NCBI GenBank assembly: GCA_002727315.1
Contig: PBWR01000009.1
Location: 29,532 to 93,531, forward strand
Origin: Alphaproteobacteria bacterium
Lineage (GTDB): Bacteria > Pseudomonadota > Alphaproteobacteria > UBA6615
Length of the DNA: 64,000 bases
Direction: 5' to 3'
Positions 30,498 through 40,034 of the stretch are shown piece by piece. The position numbers were made by a program, and so were the translations under genes. The notes beneath the pieces are model-generated. The model ran no database searches. It worked only from the letters and a program-made list of their open reading frames with translations, and was not told where the DNA came from. Numbering within the stretch: the first letter of the stretch is position 1; each line of letters begins with the position of its first letter.

Positions 30498-31325
30498 TCA
30501 GTGTTCGGCGATCCACGCCACGGCACGGCGCGACCATTCTCCACCAGGGTCGGCCCCGTCACCCAGGACGGTGAAATGGGTCTTGCCGGCGATCTCGAGT
30601 GACTCGACGTCACCGCCACCATCGGCCAATGCCTGCACCAGGTCCTTCGCCTGGGGAATCAGGAACGTATAATCGTCACTGCCCCAGGTGACCAGGAATG
30701 GCGGCGGTGTTTCGGCGATCCGGTGGATCGGGCTCTTCTCACGGCCGTCATCGCCCTCGGCCAGACAGGGCGGCGGCCAATCCTCGAATGCGCCTTCCGA
30801 GACGTCATAGACCCCCGATATCGGCAGGCACCCCTTGACCACGTCACGGACCAAACCGTGCCTGGCCTGCCAGTCGCGGGTCAGCGCCAGTTGCGCAGCA
30901 TAATGACCGCCCGATGAATGCCCGCCGATATAGATGTGCTGAGCGTCACCGCCAAATCGGTCGACGTTGGCCGACAAACAGGCCAGGCCGTTGCAAAGGT
31001 CGGAAAACCCGTCGTCGTATAGGTTCGGCGCCAAGCGATGCCCGAGGCTGGCAAACGTGATCCCGGCGGCATGGAAGCCTGGTGCCATGAACGCCATGGC
31101 CTCCTTGTGACCGCTCGACCAGCGCCCGCCATGAATGAAGGCAAACACGACACCGGACGGGTCGGGCGCAGGATAGACCGCGATCCGCTGATAGATATCG
31201 TCGCCCCAGGCCGTATCGACACCTTCCACATCGCGGCTGCGGTCCCACAGCTCGGCCTGAAATTCCAGGACCGGTTCCGGCCGCGGCACCTGCGGCGGAT
31301 AGTCCTCACGCCTCAGCAACGCCAT
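30498..31325 (-). CDS. Alpha/beta hydrolase (esterase/arylformamidase-like)
   Basis: HGG oxyanion motif (FIHGGRW) and nucleophile elbow GGHSSGG. The ATG at 31325 (MALLRRED) avoids overlap with the upstream gene. Confidence 0.75.
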   Translation of the reverse strand: MALLRREDYPPQVPRPEPVLEFQAELWDRSRDVEGVDTAWGDDIYQRIAVYPAPDPSGVVFAFIHGGRWSSGHKEAMAFMAPGFHAAGITFASLGHRLAPNLYDDGFSDLCNGLACLSANVDRFGGDAQHIYIGGHSSGGHYAAQLALTRDWQARHGLVRDVVKGCLPISGVYDVSEGAFEDWPPPCLAEGDDGREKSPIHRIAETPPPFLVTWGSDDYTFLIPQAKDLVQALADGGGDVESLEIAGKTHFTVLGDGADPGGEWSRRAVAWIAEH

Positions 31326-31354
31326 TGCAAACACTCCCCCGGTTGTCGGACCCA

Positions 31355-31813
31355 CTAGAAGCGACCGGTGATCCCGTCGCCGCAAGCATTGATCCTGATT
31401 TCAAAGGCATTGTCCGCGAATCCCTCGACCCGTTCAACGTCGAAGAAACCGATCCCAGTCTCATCGTGGGCCAGGAACGGTCCGCGGAACGGGAGCGACT
31501 TCAGATCGACCTTGTCCTGTTCGAACGCCAAAAGGCGAAACTGTCCATCACGGCAGGCCGCAACGGCCCAGTAGAACTCGTTGCTGCGCAGTCTCTGACC
31601 GGCCGATGGCGGCGATGAACTCTCATCATCGGCCAACGCGTTCGATATCTCGCGTGCCTGGGCGTCTATCAGCAGCGTCTCGGAACGCTGAAGTTCCCAT
31701 GGCCCGAGCGGATTGTCGGCACTCTCCGTGAAGGTTGTACAGGCGGCAACTCCGAACAGCACGGCAGCCGGGGTGATGAGGCGTCTGGCGATCCCTATTC
31801 GCATGTGGTCCAT
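31355..31813 (-). CDS. Hypothetical lipoprotein
   Basis: Signal peptide with a lipobox (AAVLFGVAAC). GC3-rich codons. I recognise no domain. Confidence 0.6.
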   Translation of the reverse strand: MDHMRIGIARRLITPAAVLFGVAACTTFTESADNPLGPWELQRSETLLIDAQAREISNALADDESSSPPSAGQRLRSNEFYWAVAACRDGQFRLLAFEQDKVDLKSLPFRGPFLAHDETGIGFFDVERVEGFADNAFEIRINACGDGITGRF

Positions 31814-31912
31814 CTTGGTTAGTGATCAGTTAATTGCATCATGGTATTTACATGAATACAAACAGTTCACTAGAATCACATTGATTCAATTGAAAGAATC
31901 GTCCGGGGGTTT

Positions 31913-33319
31913 GTGTCGATGGGCATTGTATCGGGTTTTGGCCGGGTTTGGCGGGCGGCGACGTGTGGCGTCGCGTCCGCGTCCAGACGGCCTGTTCGGA
32001 TGCTTGCCATGGCTGTATTCGCGCTTTCCGCGATCGTCATGTCGACACACGCACAAGCCGGTTACGCGTCCTTCGTCATGGATGCGAATACCGGTCAGGT
32101 CTATTACGCGCGCAATGCGGATACCCGCAATTTCCCCGCCTCCCTGACGAAGATCATGACGCTGTTCATGGTGTTCGAGGCGCTCGACACCGGAAAACTC
32201 GCGCTCGATCAGAAACTGCCCGTGTCCCGCCGCGCAGCCGGTCAGACCCCATCCAAGCTGGGACTGAAGGTCGGCGAGACGATCACCGTTGAAAAGGCGA
32301 TCCGGGCGCTGTCGGTCAAATCGGCGAACGACGTGGCGACAATTGTGGCGGAAGCGATCGGTGGTACCGAAATCAAGTTTGCCCAGATGATGACGCGGCG
32401 CGCCCGCGAACTGGGCATGCGCCGGACCACGTTCAAGAATGCTTCCGGTTTGCCGAACCGTCGCCAGCTCAGCACCGCACGCGACATGGCCATTCTCGGC
32501 AAGGCGATGCTCAATCGTTTCCCGACGCGGTACGCGTATTTCTCCGACTTGACCTTCAATTATGCGGACAGGACCTACAGCAACCATAACAATCTGCTGA
32601 AAACCTACGAGGGCATGGACGGCATCAAGACCGGTTACATCCGTGCATCCGGATTCAATCTCGTCGCGTCGGCCGAACGCAATGGCGTTCGCCTGATCGG
32701 GGTCGTGTTCGGCGGGAAAACGGGCAAGTCACGCGACACCCACATGGCTTCGCTGCTGAACCGGGCCTGGGCTCGGGCGCAACAGAACTCGACCCTCGCC
32801 GCACTGCCCCGTCCCAAACCAATCGTGCCGGGGATTGCACCGGGGTCCTCACGAACACCTGCACGCCTTGCCCTGGCACAGCTGGCCAACTCGCTCGACT
32901 GGGGCGTCCAGGTCGGGGCCTTCAAGGGTTTCAACCGAGCGCGGGTTGCGGCCGGACAGGCCGCCCAGCAGCTGCGCAGCCTGCCGGTCACAGCCTCGAT
33001 CGAGGTGCTGCCGCTGGTCGACGGCAAGGACACGCTCTATCGCGCCCGCATCGTCGGCATGGAACAGGACAATGCCCGCGATATATGCCGCCAGCTGAGA
33101 CGGACCGCGCTTCCCTGCGCCACGGTAACCCCGAGCGGTGACATTCAAATCGCCGACGCCGCGCGCCGATATCCGACGGTGCGCATACCGCGGCAATGGA
33201 TATCCTACACCTGGAAGATTTCTCGCCGGGCCAGAGCTTCGAGCTCGGCTCTCACGTCTTCTCGAAGGATGAAATCGTCGCCTTCGCGACGCAGTACGAT
33301 CCGCAAGCCTTCCACCTGA
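31913..33319 (+). CDS. D-alanyl-D-alanine carboxypeptidase (S11, PBP5/6-like) with a C-terminal SPOR domain
   Basis: SxxK (ASLTK), SxN (SAND) and KTG (IKTGY) motifs. SPOR-like WGVQVGAFKGFNRA...YRARIVG. The last ~45 aa overlap maoC and look non-native. Confidence 0.85.
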   Translation: MSMGIVSGFGRVWRAATCGVASASRRPVRMLAMAVFALSAIVMSTHAQAGYASFVMDANTGQVYYARNADTRNFPASLTKIMTLFMVFEALDTGKLALDQKLPVSRRAAGQTPSKLGLKVGETITVEKAIRALSVKSANDVATIVAEAIGGTEIKFAQMMTRRARELGMRRTTFKNASGLPNRRQLSTARDMAILGKAMLNRFPTRYAYFSDLTFNYADRTYSNHNNLLKTYEGMDGIKTGYIRASGFNLVASAERNGVRLIGVVFGGKTGKSRDTHMASLLNRAWARAQQNSTLAALPRPKPIVPGIAPGSSRTPARLALAQLANSLDWGVQVGAFKGFNRARVAAGQAAQQLRSLPVTASIEVLPLVDGKDTLYRARIVGMEQDNARDICRQLRRTALPCATVTPSGDIQIADAARRYPTVRIPRQWISYTWKISRRARASSSALTSSRRMKSSPSRRSTIRKPST

Positions 33320-33642
33320 CCGATGACGCTGCCGGGCCCTATGGAGGGCTTATCGCGAGTGGCTGGCACACCGGCTCTGTCTATATGCGCCTTCTGGTCG
33401 ACGGGCTTTTGGCGCGATGTGCCTCCCTTGGCTCACCCGGGATCGACAAGATGCGCTGGCTCGCCCCCGTGCGCCCGGGCGACACGCTGACGGCAAAGCT
33501 CATCGTCGAAGAGGTGCGGCCATCGAAAAGCCGGCCGGACCGGGGCATTGTCTTCGCGCGCGCCGAGGTGACGAACCAGGACGGCGATATGGTGTTCGGG
33601 TTGCACGCGCCCTTCATGATCCGGCGCCGGGAAAACGGCTAG
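33196..33642 (+). CDS. MaoC-like (R)-hydratase/dehydratase domain protein
   Basis: 148 aa hot-dog fold pattern (FATQYDPQAFHLTDDAA, GLIASGWHT). Confidence 0.85.
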   Translation: MDILHLEDFSPGQSFELGSHVFSKDEIVAFATQYDPQAFHLTDDAAGPYGGLIASGWHTGSVYMRLLVDGLLARCASLGSPGIDKMRWLAPVRPGDTLTAKLIVEEVRPSKSRPDRGIVFARAEVTNQDGDMVFGLHAPFMIRRRENG

Positions 33643-33645
33643 TCC

Positions 33646-34758
33646 CTACTCCGCCACATCCGACTGTCCGATCGCGGCGTTGACCCGCGGCATGACCTCC
33701 TCGGCCATCAGCTGCATCGAGCGGCGCGCCAGTTTTTCATCGGCCCAGTCGATCCCGGCATAGACCAACTCGCCGAAATCCCCCGTGACTTCGCGGAACG
33801 CCAAAATCTGATCCACGACATCGTTTACGGTGCCACAGATGACGAAATCGTCGAGAACCCGCTCCAGGGTCACCGCCTCGTCCGGCTCATCGCGATCGTG
33901 TTTGAATACGGCGTGGCGGTTCGACCTCTTCAGTTTGGTGAAAATCTGGCTGTAGTAGAAACGGTAGGGGCTGGAGGCATCCTCGCGCCCATACCGTTTC
34001 GCCGTCGCATCGTCGTCCGACACGAAGACCGCGCGCGCGACCCGCCAGTCGGCCGGATCGGCCTCGAGGCCAACCTCTTCCTTGCCCTGCCGATAGTTCT
34101 CCCAATGGCTGGTCACCCATTTCCCCAGCAGGAAGTGCGCCGACAGGGGATGAAAGTCACGGCGCCCCATCGCGATCACCCCCTTCGAGAACGGCGCGAC
34201 CACGGTGCCAACGATCTCAGGCCTGGGTTGCTGATAGGGCTTCGGCATGATGCCGACACCAATTTCCTCGAACAGGGTCTCCCTGGTCGTCACCTTGAAC
34301 CGGTTGTCCGGCAGATCGATATCGTAGGGCGGGTCACGCTCCCATATTTCAAGGATCACGTCGATCGCTTCGGCGAACAGTTGGTTACGGTCCTCACCCA
34401 TGATCCCGAGCGCCTCGGCATCGGAACGCAAGGCCCCGGGGCTGACACCGAGGATGAAACGCCCCCGCGCTAAATGGTCAAGCATCGCGGCATGGGTCGC
34501 GACCAGCACGGGATGCGTGTGGGACAAGTTGGTGGTGCCGGTTGCCAGCTTGATCTGCTTTGTCGAGTGGATCAGCGTCGCCTGAAAGATCATCGAATTG
34601 GTGATGCTCTCGGCCTTGTCCGTGAGATGCTCACCGATGAAAGCATCGTGGAAACCGAGCTCGTCACACAGGATGACCGTCTGACGGTCCTCTTCCAGTG
34701 TCTCGGTATAGTTGCGGTGCAGCGGGTGCACCGGCATCGCGAAATATCCAAGTTTCAT
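33646..34758 (-). CDS. LLM-class flavin-dependent oxidoreductase (luciferase-like monooxygenase)
   Basis: MKLGYFAMP..., GRFILGVSPGAL. ATG at 34758. Confidence 0.8.
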   Translation of the reverse strand: MKLGYFAMPVHPLHRNYTETLEEDRQTVILCDELGFHDAFIGEHLTDKAESITNSMIFQATLIHSTKQIKLATGTTNLSHTHPVLVATHAAMLDHLARGRFILGVSPGALRSDAEALGIMGEDRNQLFAEAIDVILEIWERDPPYDIDLPDNRFKVTTRETLFEEIGVGIMPKPYQQPRPEIVGTVVAPFSKGVIAMGRRDFHPLSAHFLLGKWVTSHWENYRQGKEEVGLEADPADWRVARAVFVSDDDATAKRYGREDASSPYRFYYSQIFTKLKRSNRHAVFKHDRDEPDEAVTLERVLDDFVICGTVNDVVDQILAFREVTGDFGELVYAGIDWADEKLARRSMQLMAEEVMPRVNAAIGQSDVAE

Positions 34759-34892
34759 TGCGTGATTCACGGGTTGTGAAAGACCCGACAAGCGTAGGGG
34801 CTCCGCCAACCCGCAGCGAACCTATTCTCGGCCTGTGTCTTGATGCATGAGAAACACCGGTCAGTCCGGTGACAGGCAGAATTGCCCGATAA

Positions 34893-36278
34893 TCAAAGCC
34901 CTTCGGGTGCCTCGATACCGCTTTGGGTCAGTTGCTCGGATAAATCTTGTTTCAGCCGGGCAAGGCCGGATTCGTAATGACTCTCGCATCGCGCAACCAG
35001 CACGTCCTGGGTGTTGGAGGCCCGTAACAGCCACCAGCCATCCGCGGTGTTCACGCGCACGCCGTCGATTCCCGAGACATCGGCGCTCGCATCCGATAGG
35101 CGCGCCTCGACCTCGGTAATGACCTGTAACTTGCGGTCCTCGGAACACGAGAAGCGCAACTCCGGCGTATTGCAAACGGCCGGCAACCGATCGCGCATCT
35201 GCGCCAGGGTCATGCCCTGCCGCTCCAACAGGGAAAGCAGACGGACGGCCGCGTACAATCCATCGTCAAACCCGAAATAGCGGTCGCCGAAGAAGATGTG
35301 CCCGCTCATCTCACCCGCCAGCGGCGAGCCGGTCTCCGCCATCTTCGCCTTGATCAGGGAGTGGCCCGTCTTCCACATGGTAGGCACCCCGCCCATGCGT
35401 GCGATTTCATCGAACAGGATTTGGCTCGACTTCACGTCGGCAATGATCGTCGCACCGGGATCGTCCTGCAGCACATCTTGCGCGAACAAAACCATCAACT
35501 GGTCGGCCCAGAGGATTCGGCCCTGCCCGTCAACCACACTCACCCGGTCGCCGTCGCCGTCAAAGGCGATGCCGAGCTCGCATTCGTTCTCGCGCACATG
35601 GTTCTGCAGATCGACCAGATTTTCCGCCACGGTCGGGTCCGGGTGATGGCCGGGAAAGGTTCCGTCCACGATCCCGTTCACGACATAGTGGTGGCCGGGC
35701 ATGCGCGCGCACAGCATCTTCAGGACTTCCCCGGCCGCGCCGTTGCCCGGGTCCCAGGCCACGCGCGCCATGCGCAGCGGCTGGTGCTCTTGTGCCAGCA
35801 CGGCCACGTAATCCTCGCGCACGTCGATATCCTCGACGCTGCCGGTCCCGTCAGCGTATTGCGCGGCTTCGGTGATCTTGCCCAGTTTCTGGATGTCCTC
35901 GCCGAAGAACGGTTTGCCCGCCAGGGTAATCTTGAAGCCGTTATAGTCCGACGGGTTGTGGCTACCCGTGACCATGATGCCAGACCCGGTATCCAAATGA
36001 CGGATCGCGAAGGACAACATCGGGGTCGGCCCCATATTGATGCGCTTTACGTTGAGGCCGCAGGCCATCAACCCTTCGAGGACAGCCTCGGCCAGGTCTG
36101 GCGACGTCAGGCGACCGTCAAAACCGAGCGCTACCTGATCCCCGCCTCCATTGACGACGCAGGTCCCGAAGCCGCGGCCCACCGCATAGGCGTCATCCCT
36201 GGTCAGGGTATCATCCACCACGCCACGAATGTCGTACTCGCGCAGGATCGTGGGATCGAAACTATGAGGTTTTGTCAT
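34893..36278 (-). CDS. Phosphomannomutase/phosphoglucomutase
   Basis: Phosphoserine loop MVTGSHNPSDYNG and metal loop FDGDGDR. The ATG at 36278 overlaps the ugd TGA (ATGA). Confidence 0.9.
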   Translation of the reverse strand: MTKPHSFDPTILREYDIRGVVDDTLTRDDAYAVGRGFGTCVVNGGGDQVALGFDGRLTSPDLAEAVLEGLMACGLNVKRINMGPTPMLSFAIRHLDTGSGIMVTGSHNPSDYNGFKITLAGKPFFGEDIQKLGKITEAAQYADGTGSVEDIDVREDYVAVLAQEHQPLRMARVAWDPGNGAAGEVLKMLCARMPGHHYVVNGIVDGTFPGHHPDPTVAENLVDLQNHVRENECELGIAFDGDGDRVSVVDGQGRILWADQLMVLFAQDVLQDDPGATIIADVKSSQILFDEIARMGGVPTMWKTGHSLIKAKMAETGSPLAGEMSGHIFFGDRYFGFDDGLYAAVRLLSLLERQGMTLAQMRDRLPAVCNTPELRFSCSEDRKLQVITEVEARLSDASADVSGIDGVRVNTADGWWLLRASNTQDVLVARCESHYESGLARLKQDLSEQLTQSGIEAPEGL

Positions 36279-37609
36279 GCGGATCCCTGGCCTGCCACCG
36301 GGACCGTGCCGCGGCCCACGGACACATACTCGAATCCGGCTTCCTGCATTTCGTCGGGCCGGTAGATATTTCGCAGATCGACCATCACGGGTTGGGTCAT
36401 GGAGGTTTTCAGGCGGGACAGATCGAGGGCGCGGAACTCGTTCCACTCGGTCAGGATTGCCACCACGTCTGCGCCTTGCGCCGCGTCATAGGCATCCTCG
36501 CACCAGACCGGCCCTTCGATCAGCTTCTTCGCCTCTTCCATTCCCACGGGATCGAACGCGCGCACCGTTGCGCCGGCCTCGACCAAACGGGGCACAATCA
36601 CCAGGCTCGGCGAATCCCGCATATCGTCGGTATTCGGCTTGAATGTCAGGCCGAGGACCGCAACCGTCTTGCCCTGCACGTCTCCACCGCACGCATCGAT
36701 GATCTTGCGGGCCATCGCCTCCTTACGGTTCGCGTTGATCTCGATCACCTGCTCGACGATGGAAATTGGTGCACCGGCGTCCTGGGCCGAACGCACTAGG
36801 GCCTCGGTATCCTTCGGGAAACAAGATCCGCCATAGCCGGGGCCGGCGTGCAGAAACTTGCTGCCGATCCGGCCATCCAGACCAATACCCTTGGCCACGT
36901 CCTGAACATCGGCGCCGACCTTTTCGCATAGGTCGGCAAACTCGTTGATGAACGTGATCTTGGTCGCCAGGAACGTATTGGCCGCGTACTTGATCAGTTC
37001 GGCCGTCTCAAGGCTTGTATGGATGATCGGCGTGTCCCGCAAAAACAGCGGCCGGTACAGCACGCTGACCGCTTCGCGGGCGCGTTCCGAGTCCGCGCCG
37101 ATCACGACTCGGTCCGGCCGCATGAAATCTTCGATCGCAGATCCTTCACGCAGGAACTCGGGGTTCGACGCGATGTCAATTTCCGCGTCCGGCCGCACCG
37201 CCTGGATCCGGCGCATCACCGCACGGCCCGTTCCCACAGGTACCGTCGATTTGGTCACCACCACCGTGTAGCCATCGGCATAGCGCGTGATGTCCTCGGC
37301 GGCCTGGAACACATAGCTCAAATCGGCATGGCCGCCGCCACGGCGGGACGGTGTGCCAACCGCGATGAACACCGCCACGGCACCGGAGACAGCCGATTCT
37401 AGGTCTGTCGTGAAACTCAGCCGGCCGCCTTCGACGTTGCGCGCCACCAGGTCGTCGAGACGCGGTTCGTAGATGGGCATTTCGCCCGCTTCCAGCATGT
37501 TGATCTTACCGGCGTTGTTATCGACGCAAACAACGTCCCAGCCGAACTCGGAAAAGCACGCGCCGGAGACAAGCCCCACATAGCCGGTTCCGACCATCGC
37601 GATCTTCAT
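36275..37609 (-). CDS. ugd: UDP-glucose 6-dehydrogenase
   Basis: MKIAMVGTGYVGLVSGACF Rossmann N-terminus and the catalytic GGSCFPKD motif. Confidence 0.95.
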   Translation of the reverse strand: MKIAMVGTGYVGLVSGACFSEFGWDVVCVDNNAGKINMLEAGEMPIYEPRLDDLVARNVEGGRLSFTTDLESAVSGAVAVFIAVGTPSRRGGGHADLSYVFQAAEDITRYADGYTVVVTKSTVPVGTGRAVMRRIQAVRPDAEIDIASNPEFLREGSAIEDFMRPDRVVIGADSERAREAVSVLYRPLFLRDTPIIHTSLETAELIKYAANTFLATKITFINEFADLCEKVGADVQDVAKGIGLDGRIGSKFLHAGPGYGGSCFPKDTEALVRSAQDAGAPISIVEQVIEINANRKEAMARKIIDACGGDVQGKTVAVLGLTFKPNTDDMRDSPSLVIVPRLVEAGATVRAFDPVGMEEAKKLIEGPVWCEDAYDAAQGADVVAILTEWNEFRALDLSRLKTSMTQPVMVDLRNIYRPDEMQEAGFEYVSVGRGTVPVAGQGSA

Positions 37610-38487
37610 GGCGAAACGTCTCCGATCCGCTCCAGCATGTCCCGGGCGCCCGGGCCAAGATCGTCGCGCGCCAATGCAAACTCCACATTGGCTTCCAGGA
37701 ACCCGAGCTTGTCACCGCAATCGAACCGGCGGCCATCAAAGGCAAACCCGTGGAACGGCTGATGTCCGATCAGCCGTGCCATGGCGTCGGTGAGCTGGAT
37801 TTCACCGCCCGCACCTGTCTCCCGGCGCTCAAGCTCTGCAAATACTTCGGGCATCAGAATGTAGCGGCCAATGACCGCCAGGTTCGAAGGCGCGGTTCCC
37901 TGGGCGGGCTTCTCAACCAGTCCCTCCACGGGCTGCACCCGTCCGTCGGCGCCACCGCAATCGATAATGCCGTATCGCGACGTGTGTTCGTCCGGCACTT
38001 CCATCGCGGCAATGACGTTTCCGCCCGTTTCCGCGTGTACGTCGGCCATCTGCCGCAAACAGGGCACATCGGCCTGGATCAAGTCGTCGGCCAGCAACAC
38101 CGCGAAGGGTTCGTCACCGACCAGATGACGGGCGCACCAGACGGCATGGCCGAGGCCCAGCGGCTCCTGCTGGCGCACATACGCGATGTTGCCGGGCTCC
38201 AGGACGGATTCACGCAGATCGAACAGTTCCGAAGACTTGCCGCACTCCTCAAGCGAGGCTTCCAACTCGATACTACGGTCGAAATGGTCCTCGATGGCGC
38301 TCTTGCCGCGGCCCGTCACGAATATGAACTGCTCGATACCGGCCGCCCGCGCCTCGTCGACGGCATACTGGATGAGCGGCCGGTCCACGACCGGCAGCAT
38401 CTCCTTGGGCATTGCCTTGGTGGCGGGCAGGAACCGTGTGCCCATGCCACCGACAGGGAAAATCGCCTTGCGTACGCGACTGGTCAT
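37606..38487 (-). CDS. galU: UTP--glucose-1-phosphate uridylyltransferase
   Basis: KAIFPVGGMGTRFLPATKAMPKEMLPV. ATG at 38487. The stop overlaps the ugd ATG by 4 nt. Confidence 0.9.
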   Translation of the reverse strand: MTSRVRKAIFPVGGMGTRFLPATKAMPKEMLPVVDRPLIQYAVDEARAAGIEQFIFVTGRGKSAIEDHFDRSIELEASLEECGKSSELFDLRESVLEPGNIAYVRQQEPLGLGHAVWCARHLVGDEPFAVLLADDLIQADVPCLRQMADVHAETGGNVIAAMEVPDEHTSRYGIIDCGGADGRVQPVEGLVEKPAQGTAPSNLAVIGRYILMPEVFAELERRETGAGGEIQLTDAMARLIGHQPFHGFAFDGRRFDCGDKLGFLEANVEFALARDDLGPGARDMLERIGDVSP

Positions 38488-38576
38488 CGGATGTGTTCGG
38501 AAGTCCGTTTTCGGTGTGCCGATCGGCAAGTGCCGACTTTTGCCATAGCGGGCGGATACCGCGCAAGCGTACGTGA

Positions 38577-39299
38577 TTACCGCTTCAGGAGCACATCCTT
38601 CGCCTGGTTCACTTTCGCAGCCATCCAGTCGGAGCCACCCTGGTCGGGATGGGCGCGCTTCATTTCCGTGCGATAGGCAGCCTCGATCTCTTCGTCGCTC
38701 GCGTTCGTGGACACGCCAAGGATTTCTCGGGCTTCGTCGGCGCTCATCCCGGACTGGGTCCAGGGGCTTTGACCGCCGCTGCTTTCGCTCCCCGCCTGCC
38801 CGGCCCCGGTCACATCTCGCCAATCGGGGTGGTTTCGGTCGAGATAGCTCTCAAGCACCGCCCGGGAGCGATCCTCCTCGCCCGCGCAAACGCGCCATAG
38901 CTCGATCAGCTCACCCAGCTTGAGTGCCGACAGCATCTTGCCCGCATGGGGGCCTTCCTGCACCTCGCCGTCCATGTCGCCGGAATCATGGTCTAGGGTC
39001 ATCCGCAGAAACCGGGTCTCGACCTGGCTCGTCTGACCCGCACGGGGGCCCTGGGCATTCTTTCGCATTGTGTTCAGGGCACGCAGGCGGAAGAACCACG
39101 GCAAGGCTGGAAACAGGAGCGCCCAGATCATGTTCCAGCGGCCCGACAGGGCAATCGCGATCAGTCCGACAACCAGAATGATCGCACCCGTCCAACGCAG
39201 CGCGCGCAGAATATCTGCCGGTTGCGCGCTGACGAACCAGCGCCCGACGAGATAAAGACCCGTGAGGACGAAGATCGCGAAAATCAGCCAGGGCAACAT
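38577..39299 (-). CDS. Membrane-anchored J-domain protein (three N-terminal TM segments, C-terminal DnaJ domain)
   Basis: Hydrophobic spans within residues 1-80. C-terminal J domain with HPD (EIEAAYRTEMKRAHPDQGGS). Confidence 0.8.
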   Translation of the reverse strand: MLPWLIFAIFVLTGLYLVGRWFVSAQPADILRALRWTGAIILVVGLIAIALSGRWNMIWALLFPALPWFFRLRALNTMRKNAQGPRAGQTSQVETRFLRMTLDHDSGDMDGEVQEGPHAGKMLSALKLGELIELWRVCAGEEDRSRAVLESYLDRNHPDWRDVTGAGQAGSESSGGQSPWTQSGMSADEAREILGVSTNASDEEIEAAYRTEMKRAHPDQGGSDWMAAKVNQAKDVLLKR

Positions 39300-39308
39300 G
39301 GCACCATC

Positions 39309-40034
39309 CTAGCGTTGGCCGCGCATCTGGTCAGCAATCTGCAATACCCGGCCACCCTTCTGCGCGCCCATATCCTCCAGCGCCCTGCGCCCACCGGCCG
39401 AGAACACCGCCACGGCCGCCAGAAGATCGCGCAACTGCCGGGCGCTGCCCGTATCGAAACTGCAATAGGCACCGCCGGACAGTTTGGCGATCTGCTCGAA
39501 GGCGCGGCGCGATATCGGCTCGCCGCCCTCGTGAAAAATGAACACCGGCGTGCCTTCCAGGCCGAGCTTCCCGGCGAGATGTCCGAGCTCGTCGATGTCT
39601 TCCTCAACCACATCACCGACAAACACCAGCGCATCGACCTTTGACCGTCCCGTTTCCTTGAGCGCGTGGCGAAGCAGTTTGCGAATCTGGGTGCGCCCGG
39701 CCAGGCAACGCACCTTAACCATGCGGCGCACCAGTTCGTCGGCAGAATCCAGCCAACTCGTGACCTTCATCTCGCCGAAGCCCCGATAGAATGCGAGCTG
39801 GACTTCCAGGCCGCCGATATCGTCGGTCGATACGAACATTTCCGACTGAATCTGGCAGGCCATGTCCCAGGTCGGCTCGCGACTGGCCGTCGCATCGATG
39901 GCAAAGAGCAAGCGCCCGCGCCGGCCTGCAGGACGCGTCTGGGGTGTCGCGGCCACCTTTTGCAGGAAGGCGTCGATTTCCGTCCGCGACGAGCGGCCGG
40001 CCGGGACGTTGGTATTGTCCTCGTCGCCTGACAT
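39309..40034 (-). CDS. von Willebrand factor type A (VWA) domain protein
   Basis: MIDAS-like LLFAIDATAS plus alternating beta/alpha pattern (ALVFVGD...). The ATG at 40034 shares a base with the upstream TGA. Confidence 0.7.
   Translation of the reverse strand: MSGDEDNTNVPAGRSSRTEIDAFLQKVAATPQTRPAGRRGRLLFAIDATASREPTWDMACQIQSEMFVSTDDIGGLEVQLAFYRGFGEMKVTSWLDSADELVRRMVKVRCLAGRTQIRKLLRHALKETGRSKVDALVFVGDVVEEDIDELGHLAGKLGLEGTPVFIFHEGGEPISRRAFEQIAKLSGGAYCSFDTGSARQLRDLLAAVAVFSAGGRRALEDMGAQKGGRVLQIADQMRGQR

Noticed and set aside
38511-38545. Palindrome GCCGATCGGC and direct repeat GTGCCGA x2 followed by CTTTTGCC, in the spacer between the J-domain gene and galU
   Set aside because: It looks terminator-like only on the plus strand, while all neighbouring genes are on the minus strand. 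The best stem has a 2-nt loop. It was not called as a feature.
38488-38823. Long N-terminal extensions in the ORF track (for example galU 405 aa; also pgm to 36446, DUF2155 to 18804, clpS to 29725, NDUFA12 to 20078)
   Set aside because: The extensions are Arg-rich and overlap upstream genes or spacers. Internal ATGs coincide with the conserved family N-termini and with stop/start coupling, so the shorter models were used.
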